DNA of 64,000 nucleotides from Escherichia coli (GTDB lineage Bacteria; Pseudomonadota; Gammaproteobacteria; Enterobacterales; Enterobacteriaceae): NCBI RefSeq assembly GCF_044324785.1, contig NZ_CP172127.1; one strand, 5' to 3'. Shown piece by piece: positions 55,695 to 64,000 of this stretch (position 1 is its first letter; each line of letters starts with the position of its first letter). The notes under the pieces were generated by a model. It saw only the letters and a program-made list of their open reading frames with translations, ran no database searches and was not told where the DNA came from. The position numbers and the translations under genes were made by a program.

Positions 55695-57374
55695 GTGAAC
55701 AAAATATTTTCCTCACATGTGATGCCTTTCCGCGCTCTGATCGACGCTTGCTGGAAAGAAAAATATACTGCCGCACGGTTTACCCGTGACCTGATTGCCG
55801 GGATAACCGTCGGGATTATTGCTATCCCGCTGGCAATGGCGTTGGCTATTGGTAGTGGTGTGGCACCCCAGTACGGTTTATATACCGCAGCTGTTGCGGG
55901 GATTGTCATTGCTCTGACGGGTGGGTCACGCTTTAGCGTTTCCGGTCCGACTGCGGCATTTGTGGTAATTCTCTATCCCGTTTCGCAACAGTTTGGACTG
56001 GCAGGACTGCTGGTCGCGACACTCATGTCAGGTGTCTTTTTGATCCTGATGGGGCTGGCACGTTTTGGACGCTTGATTGAATATATTCCGGTTTCCGTGA
56101 CCTTAGGTTTCACCTCGGGTATCGGGATCACCATCGGTACCATGCAGATTAAAGATTTTCTCGGTCTGCAAATGGCCCATGTCCCGGAGCATTATCTACA
56201 AAAAGTCGGCGCATTATTTATGGCGTTGCCGACCATTAATGTGGGTGATGCTGCCATTGGCATTGTGACGCTTGGCATTCTGGTTTTCTGGCCGCGTCTG
56301 GGCATTCGTTTGCCTGGTCACCTTCCGGCCTTGCTGGCTGGTTGCGCGGTGATGGGGATTGTTAACCTGCTCGGCGGACATGTTGCTACCATCGGTTCGC
56401 AGTTCCACTACGTTCTGGCCGATGGTTCTCAGGGTAACGGTATTCCGCAATTGCTGCCACAACTGGTGCTGCCGTGGGATCTACCTGATTCAGAATTCAC
56501 GCTAACCTGGGATTCTATTCGCACACTGCTGCCTGCGGCATTCTCAATGGCAATGCTCGGCGCAATCGAATCTCTGCTCTGCGCCGTGGTACTGGATGGT
56601 ATGACCGGAACGAAACACAAAGCGAACAGCGAACTGGTTGGACAGGGACTGGGGAATATCATCGCCCCGTTCTTTGGTGGTATAACCGCTACAGCTGCCA
56701 TCGCGCGTTCTGCCGCTAACGTCCGTGCCGGGGCAACTTCCCCTATCTCGGCGGTGATCCACTCTATTCTGGTTATTCTTGCCCTGCTGGTACTGGCACC
56801 GCTGCTCTCCTGGCTGCCTCTTTCCGCCATGGCTGCCCTGCTGTTGATGGTGGCGTGGAACATGAGTGAAGCGCACAAAGTGGTCGACTTGCTGCGTCAT
56901 GCGCCGAAAGATGACATCATCGTCATGCTGCTGTGCATGTCGCTGACCGTGCTGTTTGATATGGTTATTGCCATCAGCGTGGGGATCGTGCTGGCATCGC
57001 TACTGTTTATGCGTCGTATCGCACGTATGACTCGCCTGGCACCGGTAGTCGTAGACGTTCCAGACGATGTTCTGGTTCTGCGCGTTATTGGCCCGCTGTT
57101 CTTTGCTGCCGCTGAAGGCTTGTTCACGGACCTGGAGTCACGTCTTGAAGGCAAACGGATTGTGATTCTGAAGTGGGATGCCGTTCCGGTACTTGATGCT
57201 GGTGGTCTTGATGCGTTCCAGCGTTTTGTGAAGCGTCTACCCGAAGGATGTGAACTGCGCGTGTGCAACGTGGAATTCCAGCCACTGCGCACTATGGCTC
57301 GCGCAGGCATTCAACCGATCCCGGGCCGCCTTGCTTTCTTCCCGAATCGTCGCGCGGCGATGGCGGATTTATAA
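55695..57374 (+). CDS. dauA: SulP-family C4-dicarboxylate transporter DauA (YchM) with C-terminal STAS domain
   Basis: 559-aa multi-TM ORF with STAS-like C-terminus; recognised as YchM/DauA. Confidence 0.9.
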   Translation: MNKIFSSHVMPFRALIDACWKEKYTAARFTRDLIAGITVGIIAIPLAMALAIGSGVAPQYGLYTAAVAGIVIALTGGSRFSVSGPTAAFVVILYPVSQQFGLAGLLVATLMSGVFLILMGLARFGRLIEYIPVSVTLGFTSGIGITIGTMQIKDFLGLQMAHVPEHYLQKVGALFMALPTINVGDAAIGIVTLGILVFWPRLGIRLPGHLPALLAGCAVMGIVNLLGGHVATIGSQFHYVLADGSQGNGIPQLLPQLVLPWDLPDSEFTLTWDSIRTLLPAAFSMAMLGAIESLLCAVVLDGMTGTKHKANSELVGQGLGNIIAPFFGGITATAAIARSAANVRAGATSPISAVIHSILVILALLVLAPLLSWLPLSAMAALLLMVAWNMSEAHKVVDLLRHAPKDDIIVMLLCMSLTVLFDMVIAISVGIVLASLLFMRRIARMTRLAPVVVDVPDDVLVLRVIGPLFFAAAEGLFTDLESRLEGKRIVILKWDAVPVLDAGGLDAFQRFVKRLPEGCELRVCNVEFQPLRTMARAGIQPIPGRLAFFPNRRAAMADL

Positions 57375-57428
57375 GTACGAGATTGGCCAGTCAGCGCAAA
57401 CTGACTGGTCAGCAAACTGCATTATTTG

Positions 57429-57707
57429 TTAGCTATGACGGCGATTATCGCTACGGCGGCAACGTTTGTCATAGTGGCGAACCCACCAGTAACGGTCGCA
57501 CACCTGTTCATGCCCGCCAACACGGGCACCCGCCAGCCAGAGAATGGCACCGACGAAAATACTTAGCACTGCACCATGTGCGAAATACTGGGGCATATTA
57601 AACTGTGGTAATTGGTTGAGGATTGAATACCCCACGCCGACCACCATTACCACCAGACCCAACCCCATGAGCACGTTACCGAGTAACGAAGCGTTTTTGC
57701 GTTTCAT
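57429..57707 (-). CDS. ychH: Small membrane stress protein YchH
   Basis: 92-aa ORF MKRKNASLLGNVLMGLGLVVMVVGVGYSIL…, two TM segments. Confidence 0.8.
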   Translation of the reverse strand: MKRKNASLLGNVLMGLGLVVMVVGVGYSILNQLPQFNMPQYFAHGAVLSIFVGAILWLAGARVGGHEQVCDRYWWVRHYDKRCRRSDNRRHS

Positions 57708-57984
57708 ATGTCACCTCCGGAACTTTCTGGGTTGTAACAGGGAATACCCCTCTTCCTTATGTGTAAAGTATAGACAACACCCTGTGGGTTATGTGCGGGC
57801 GTGATCACAATTACAACCCTTATTTCAACAAAACTTTACAAATAAACGCCTGAACACCTTGACTTTCTAATAGTCCACTCAGGCAATTATTACGTTATCT
57901 GCATTTGATACGCAGTTTTTTGTCAAGCGGGGCCGCAACCAGTAAACTACGCGCCAGTTATGTACACACTCAGGACAAAAAAAC

Positions 57985-58569
57985 GTGACGATTAAATTGA
58001 TTGTCGGCCTGGCGAACCCCGGTGCTGAATACGCCGCAACGCGACATAATGCTGGTGCCTGGTTCGTTGACTTACTGGCAGAGCGTTTGCGCGCTCCGCT
58101 GCGCGAAGAGGCTAAATTCTTTGGTTATACTTCGCGAGTCACCCTTGGAGGCGAAGATGTCCGCCTGTTAGTCCCGACTACATTTATGAATCTCAGCGGC
58201 AAAGCCGTTGCGGCGATGGCCAGTTTTTTCCGCATTAATCCGGACGAAATTCTGGTGGCCCACGACGAACTGGATCTGCCTCCTGGCGTCGCCAAATTTA
58301 AGTTGGGCGGTGGCCATGGTGGTCACAATGGACTGAAAGACATCATCAGTAAATTGGGTAATAACCCTAACTTTCACCGTTTACGCATCGGAATCGGTCA
58401 TCCGGGCGATAAAAATAAAGTTGTTGGTTTTGTGTTAGGCAAACCGCCTGTTAGTGAACAGAAGTTAATTGATGAAGCCATCGACGAAGCGGCGCGTTGT
58501 ACTGAAATGTGGTTTACAGATGGCTTGACCAAAGCAACGAACCGATTGCACGCCTTTAAAGCGCAATAA
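57985..58569 (+). CDS. pth: Peptidyl-tRNA hydrolase
   Basis: 194-aa [32 protein letters not shown]…; recognised as Pth. Confidence 0.95.
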
Positions 58570-58685
58570 GTCGTTGTCTGCGGCATTTTTGCCGAGTGCC
58601 GTGTATAATAGGCAAAGTTATTTCCATTTCTGCAATCTGTTAGCAATAACAGGTTGATTATTAAGATATTAAGGTGATTTAAATC

Positions 58686-59777
58686 ATGGGATTCAAATGC
58701 GGTATCGTCGGTTTGCCCAACGTCGGGAAATCTACCCTGTTCAACGCGCTGACCAAAGCCGGTATTGAAGCGGCCAACTTTCCATTCTGCACCATTGAGC
58801 CGAACACAGGCGTCGTACCAATGCCTGACCCTCGCCTGGATCAACTGGCTGAAATCGTAAAACCGCAGCGTACGCTTCCCACGACCATGGAATTTGTCGA
58901 TATCGCCGGTCTGGTAAAAGGCGCATCGAAAGGCGAAGGTCTGGGTAACCAGTTCCTGACTAACATCCGTGAAACCGAAGCGATCGGTCACGTTGTTCGC
59001 TGCTTTGAAAATGACAACATCATTCACGTTTCCGGCAAAGTTAACCCGGCGGATGATATTGAAGTTATCAACACCGAACTGGCGCTGGCGGACCTCGACA
59101 CCTGCGAACGTGCGATTCATCGCGTACAGAAGAAAGCCAAAGGTGGCGATAAAGACGCGAAAGCCGAGCTGGCGGTACTGGAAAAATGCCTGCCGCAGCT
59201 GGAAAACGCAGGTATGCTGCGCGCGCTGGATTTAAGCGCTGAAGAGAAAGCGGCTATTCGTTACCTGAGCTTCCTGACGCTGAAACCAACAATGTACATC
59301 GCCAACGTCAACGAAGACGGTTTTGAAAACAACCCGTATCTTGACCAGGTGCGTGAAATCGCGGCGAAAGAAGGTTCTGTTGTGGTTCCGGTTTGTGCTG
59401 CTGTTGAAGCAGACATTGCCGAACTGGACGACGAAGAACGTGACGAGTTTATGCAGGAGCTTGGGCTGGAAGAGCCGGGCCTGAACCGTGTGATCCGTGC
59501 CGGTTATAAGCTGCTGAACCTGCAAACTTACTTCACCGCTGGGGTGAAAGAAGTACGTGCATGGACCATTCCGGTTGGTGCAACCGCGCCGCAGGCCGCT
59601 GGCAAAATCCATACTGATTTTGAAAAAGGCTTTATCCGTGCACAAACTATTTCGTTCGAAGATTTCATCACTTACAAAGGTGAACAAGGCGCGAAAGAAG
59701 CAGGCAAAATGCGTGCAGAAGGTAAAGATTACATCGTTAAAGATGGCGATGTAATGAACTTCCTGTTCAATGTCTAA
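58686..59777 (+). CDS. ychF: Ribosome-binding ATPase YchF (Obg-family GTPase fold)
   Basis: 363-aa [29 protein letters not shown]…; recognised as YchF. Confidence 0.95.
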
Positions 59778-59834
59778 TTAATTTGTTGTCTCATGAGGTT
59801 TCGCTAAATCTCATGAAGAGCGCAAAAGTATATA

Positions 59835-59861
59835 AAATCCACGCAATTGCGTGGATTTTTC
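59835..59861 (+). terminator. Rho-independent terminator after ychF
   Basis: ATCCACGC-aatt-GCGTGGAT followed by TTTTC. Confidence 0.75.
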
Positions 59862-60621
59862 ATTTCACCGAGTCCTAACCATTCTTATAACATCCTACAC
59901 TTTTGTGCTTATTGCCTATAGTGAACCACGAGAATAATTAAAGACATAAGTGTTTAGATGACGGATATCTCATTACCAATGAGATAACGTAAGTTTGTGT
60001 TCCACTGCACATCAGACACCTTTTACAGCTGATCAATATTGATTACGCTCCAGTATGCTGACGAGAAAAGGACTTGCCTGAAGGGCAATATCCAGCAGAT
60101 AAAGCCCCAGAATAACGTGATTACGTGCGATCCTGGCAAGATGAAAATGATAACCAGTAGCACGATAATAACGATAAGCCAGAAAATCCATTGATCAAAA
60201 ATGAATATCGATGTTTTTTGCTTTTTCTTATTAGTAATGCAAAAATGGCACATATTGTTTTTGTTATGCAGATACATCAAGCGAAAATCCCATAACTAAT
60301 TAGGATTATTACAAAAAATCTTCACCAAATTTTTTAACCGCTGTTTGTTGTAATATTTTTGCCATATTCATAGTAACGAATTGGAATAAGTAACGACAAC
60401 TTAGGGAATAACTCGATATAAACTCACCTTTGTAAGGGGAATGTTAAATATATATTAATTCCTGTGTTCCTGATTTTGCCCGGTAATAGAGAATTATTCT
60501 CAGAGAAGCTCATCATGATTGCACCATACAGATATCATGATGATAAGAGGATATTATTCATTGACTTAAACAAAATGACAAAATCCATAGACCCATAGCC
60601 TGGGTACTATATAGGAGTGGT

Positions 60622-63507
60622 ATGGGCATCAAACAACACAATGGGAATACCAAAGCCGATCGTCTCGCTGAATTAAAAATCCGTTCGCCCTCCATTCAAC
60701 TGATAAAATTTGGCGCTATTGGTTTGAATGCAATTATCTTTTCCCCCCTGCTGATAGCTGCTGATTTAGGAAGTCAAAATGGCACCAATATTACCATTAG
60801 TGATGGTGACAGAATTACAGGAGATACCGCCGATCCATCAGGAAACCTCTATGGTGTAATGACCCCAGCAGGAAACACGCCTGGCAATATCAACCTGGGT
60901 AATGATGTCACCGTCAATGTCAACGACGCCTCTGGATATGCAAAGGGAATCATTATTCAGGGCAAGAACAGCTCCCTGACAGCTAACCGACTTACAGTAG
61001 ATGTTGTTGGTCAAACCTCTGCCATCGGCATTAATTTAATTGGTGACTATACCCATGCTGACTTAGGCACAGGCAGCACCATTAAGAGTAACGATGACGG
61101 CATCATTATTGGGCATAGCTCAACACTAACAGCCACTCAATTCACCATTGAAAACTCGAACGGTATAGGCCTAACCATCAATGACTATGGCACCAGTGTC
61201 GATCTTGGAAGCGGTAGTAAAATCAAGACCGATGGAAGTACAGGTGTTTATATCGGTGGTCTCAACGGCAATAACGCCAACGGTGCTGCGCGTTTTACGG
61301 CGACAGACCTGACAATCGATGTTCAGGGCTACAGCGCCATGGGGATAAACGTACAGAAAAACTCTGTTGTCGATCTCGGAACAAACAGTTCCATTAAAAC
61401 CAATGGCGATAATGCACACGGCCTCTGGAGCTTTGGCCAGGTGAGCGCGAATGCACTCACTGTTGATGTAACTGGAGCCGCGGCAAATGGCGTCGAAGTT
61501 CGTGGTGGTACAACCACTATCGGTGCTGATAGCCATATTTCTTCCGCGCAGGGCGGTGGTCTCGTAGCCAGTGGTTCAGACGCGACAATCAATTTTTCTG
61601 GCACGGCAGCGCAACGAAACAGCATCTTTTCCGGCGGTTCTTATGGTGCCTCGGCCCAGACGGCAACGGCTGTTATCAACATGCAAAATACCGATATTAC
61701 GGTTGATCGTAATGGCAGTCTGGCGCTGGGTTTGTGGGCGCTCAGCGGCGGTAGAATAACCGGAGACAGTTTGGCTATCACCGGCGCGGCAGGAGCCAGG
61801 GGGATTTATGCCATGACCAACAGCCAGATCGACCTCACGAGCGATCTGGTCATTGATATGAGTACACCCGACCAGATGGCCATCGCAACGCAACATGACG
61901 ATGGTTATGCCGCCAGCCGCATCAACGCTTCGGGTCGTATGCTTATCAACGGTAGCGTTCTCTCCAAAGGTGGGCTAATCAATCTGGATATGCACCCTGG
62001 GTCGGTTTGGACAGGTTCCTCCCTCAGCGATAATGTCAATGGCGGGAAACTGGACGTTGCAATGAATAACAGCGTCTGGAATGTAACAAGTAATTCTAAT
62101 CTCGACACGCTGGCGCTGAGCCATTCAACTGTCGATTTTGCCAGCCACACGTCAACTGCCGGCACATTTACCACATTAAACGTAGAGAACCTGAGCGGTA
62201 ACAGTACCTTTATTATGCGTGCTGATGTTGTTGGCGAGGGTAATGGCGTTAATAATAAAGGGGATTTATTGAATATCAGCGGAAGTAGTGCTGGTAATCA
62301 CGTATTGGCTATCCGTAACCAGGGCAGCGAGGCCACAACGGGAAATGAAGTTCTGACAGTGGTAAAAACCACTGACGGCGCGGCCTCGTTCAGCGCGTCT
62401 TCTCAGGTTGAGTTGGGAGGATATCTGTATGATGTGCGTAAAAATGGCACTAACTGGGAGCTTTATGCTTCCGGGACAATTCCGGAGCCGACTCCTAATC
62501 CTGAGCCCACACCAGCTCCCGCTCAGCCCCCCATAGTCAACCCCGATCCTACGCCTGAACCCGATCCTACGCCTAACCCCACTCCCACACCTAAACCCAC
62601 CACGACCGCAGATGCTGGCGGCAATTATCTCAATGTCAGTTACTTATTGAACTATGTTGAAAACCGTACGCTGATGCAACGGATGGGTGACCTGCGAAAT
62701 CAGAGTAAAGACGGAAATATCTGGCTGCGCAGTTATGGGGGAAGTCTGGACTCCTTCGCCAGTGGCAAACTGAGCGGCTTTGACATGGGTTACAGCGGTA
62801 TCCAGTTTGGTGGGGATAAACGTCTCTCTGATGTAATGCCGTTGTATGTCGGTCTGTATATTGGCTCAACACATGCATCGCCGGACTATAGCGGAGGCGA
62901 CGGTACCGCACGTTCAGACTACATGGGAATGTACGCCAGTTACACGGCACACAGCGGTTTTTACAGCGATCTCGTTATAAAAGCATCGCGCCAGAAAAAT
63001 AGTTTCCACGTACTGGACAGTCAGAACAACGGCGTTAACGCCAACGGCACTGCGAATGGAATGAGTATCTCCCTGGAAGCCGGGCAGAGGTTCAACCTGT
63101 CCCCTACTGGTTATGGGTTCTATCTAGAGCCGCAAACCCAGCTCACATACAGCCACCAGAATGAGATGGCTATGAAGGCGAGTAATGGCCTCAATATACA
63201 TCTGAATCACTACGAATCGCTGCTGGGGCGTGCCAGCATGATACTGGGATATGACATCACCGCAGGCAACAGCCAGCTGAATATGTATGTGAAGACTGGC
63301 GCTATCCGCGAGTTTTCAGGGGATACAGAATATCTGTTGAACAACTCCCGGGAGAAGTACAGTTTCAAAGGTAATGGCTGGAATAACGGCGTGGGAGTCA
63401 GTGCACAGTATAACAAACAGCACACATTCTACCTCGAAGCGGATTACACGCAGGGTAACCTCTTTGATCATAAGCAAGTCAACGGAGGATATCGCTTCAG
63501 CTTTTAA
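60622..63507 (+). CDS. ycgV: Type Va autotransporter adhesin (YcgV-like): beta-helical passenger, Pro-rich linker, C-terminal beta-barrel
   Basis: 961-aa ORF; AGGAG RBS; Gly/Thr/Asn-rich passenger repeats; linker PEPTPNPEPTPAPAQPPIVNPDPTPEPDPTPNPTPTPKPTT; translocator ending …GGYRFSF with terminal aromatic. Confidence 0.85.
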   Translation: MGIKQHNGNTKADRLAELKIRSPSIQLIKFGAIGLNAIIFSPLLIAADLGSQNGTNITISDGDRITGDTADPSGNLYGVMTPAGNTPGNINLGNDVTVNVNDASGYAKGIIIQGKNSSLTANRLTVDVVGQTSAIGINLIGDYTHADLGTGSTIKSNDDGIIIGHSSTLTATQFTIENSNGIGLTINDYGTSVDLGSGSKIKTDGSTGVYIGGLNGNNANGAARFTATDLTIDVQGYSAMGINVQKNSVVDLGTNSSIKTNGDNAHGLWSFGQVSANALTVDVTGAAANGVEVRGGTTTIGADSHISSAQGGGLVASGSDATINFSGTAAQRNSIFSGGSYGASAQTATAVINMQNTDITVDRNGSLALGLWALSGGRITGDSLAITGAAGARGIYAMTNSQIDLTSDLVIDMSTPDQMAIATQHDDGYAASRINASGRMLINGSVLSKGGLINLDMHPGSVWTGSSLSDNVNGGKLDVAMNNSVWNVTSNSNLDTLALSHSTVDFASHTSTAGTFTTLNVENLSGNSTFIMRADVVGEGNGVNNKGDLLNISGSSAGNHVLAIRNQGSEATTGNEVLTVVKTTDGAASFSASSQVELGGYLYDVRKNGTNWELYASGTIPEPTPNPEPTPAPAQPPIVNPDPTPEPDPTPNPTPTPKPTTTADAGGNYLNVSYLLNYVENRTLMQRMGDLRNQSKDGNIWLRSYGGSLDSFASGKLSGFDMGYSGIQFGGDKRLSDVMPLYVGLYIGSTHASPDYSGGDGTARSDYMGMYASYTAHSGFYSDLVIKASRQKNSFHVLDSQNNGVNANGTANGMSISLEAGQRFNLSPTGYGFYLEPQTQLTYSHQNEMAMKASNGLNIHLNHYESLLGRASMILGYDITAGNSQLNMYVKTGAIREFSGDTEYLLNNSREKYSFKGNGWNNGVGVSAQYNKQHTFYLEADYTQGNLFDHKQVNGGYRFSF

Positions 63508-63606
63508 GTGCGGGATAGACAAACCCTTAAACGATGCTGAAAAATGTTAGCGTGCGCCGGAATAAAATATAGATCACTCTGATGTATCAGAAATCGTTTC
63601 TGTCTT

Positions 63607-64000
63607 TCATACCCGGCGCTTAAACTGCCCTGCATCAATGCCATGTTGCTTCATTTTCCGCCACAGCGTAGTGCGGCCGATTCCAAGTAAAGCCGACATT
63701 TCCTGAATGCGACCGCCTGTGACCTGGGCTGCGTTAATAATTGCCTCTTTTTCAACTTCCGCAAATGACAGACTGGTGGAAAGGCGGGTGGCGCTGACAT
63801 CATCTGTCGCCTGCTCGGTAAACAGATGTTCAGGTAAATCACTGACGTGAATGCGCCCGTTATCACTACTCAGAGCAAGATTCTCGATGACGCTGTAAAG
63901 TTCAAAATCGTTGCCTGGCCATGCACAAGAAACCAGGCGAGCGAGGGCATCGTCATCAATTTTCAGACGCGTAGAGAAGCGTTTTTCAAGACTGCGTAAT
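63607..64000 (-). CDS. dhaR: Sigma-54-dependent transcriptional regulator, C-terminal part with Fis-type HTH (DhaR-like); 5' end outside window
   Basis: Minus-strand frame open from the window edge to the stop at 63607..63609; hand translation ends …IQEMSALLGIGRTTLWRKMKQHGIDAGQFKRRV*, a Fis-type HTH tail; not in the supplied ORF track. Confidence 0.6.
   Translation of the reverse strand, partial: LRSLEKRFSTRLKIDDDALARLVSCAWPGNDFELYSVIENLALSSDNGRIHVSDLPEHLFTEQATDDVSATRLSTSLSFAEVEKEAIINAAQVTGGRIQEMSALLGIGRTTLWRKMKQHGIDAGQFKRRV

Noticed and set aside
57708-57984. Possible CRP site (TGTGCGGGCGTGATCACA) in the ychH-pth intergenic region
   Set aside because: Half-site spacing does not fit TGTGA-N6-TCACA cleanly; could not be aligned convincingly by eye
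60023-60280. 85-aa minus-strand ORF with a hydrophobic stretch in the AT-rich region upstream of the autotransporter gene
   Set aside because: AT-rich DNA readily gives Ile/Leu/Phe-rich ORFs; no RBS; overlaps the probable ycgV promoter and silencing region

Overview
This window reads as conserved Escherichia coli core chromosome with no evidence of a novel multi-gene system. It runs from the distal trp operon to the 3' end of a DhaR-like regulator, in inverted orientation relative to the K-12 reference, with gene order matching K-12 throughout. Calls rest on reading the supplied ORF translations and the DNA directly; K-12 protein lengths and sequences used to place start codons are recalled from memory, and no database search was run.

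Gene content in order: trpD (3' part), trpC, trpB, trpA; yciGFE; ompW; yciC, yciB, yciA; tonB; yciI; kch; a 57-aa arginine-rich ORF; clsA; yciU; oppABCDF; ychE; adhE; tdk; hns; galU; rssB, rssA; ychJ; purU; one tRNA-Tyr with tpr; narGHJI; narK; narXL; ychO; ychN; chaCBA; one ldr/rdl type I toxin-antitoxin module; kdsA, sirB1, sirB2, prmC, prfA, hemA; lolB, ispE, prs; dauA; ychH; pth; ychF; a ycgV-like autotransporter.

No IS element, prophage, integrase or CRISPR array is visible. Several ORFs in the supplied track over-extend upstream of the likely start; starts were re-placed where the DNA supports it.

The points most worth a second look are:
- a 35-aa Ldr toxin ORF with its Rdl antisense RNA, present once and absent from the ORF track;
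- a compact tyrT locus with a single tRNA-Tyr and a 178-bp periodic repeat carrying tpr;
- two poorly characterised surface-protein genes, ycgV (behind an 840-bp AT-rich leader) and ychO (stop codon abutting narL);
- a 57-aa basic ORF hidden inside a longer spurious ORF.
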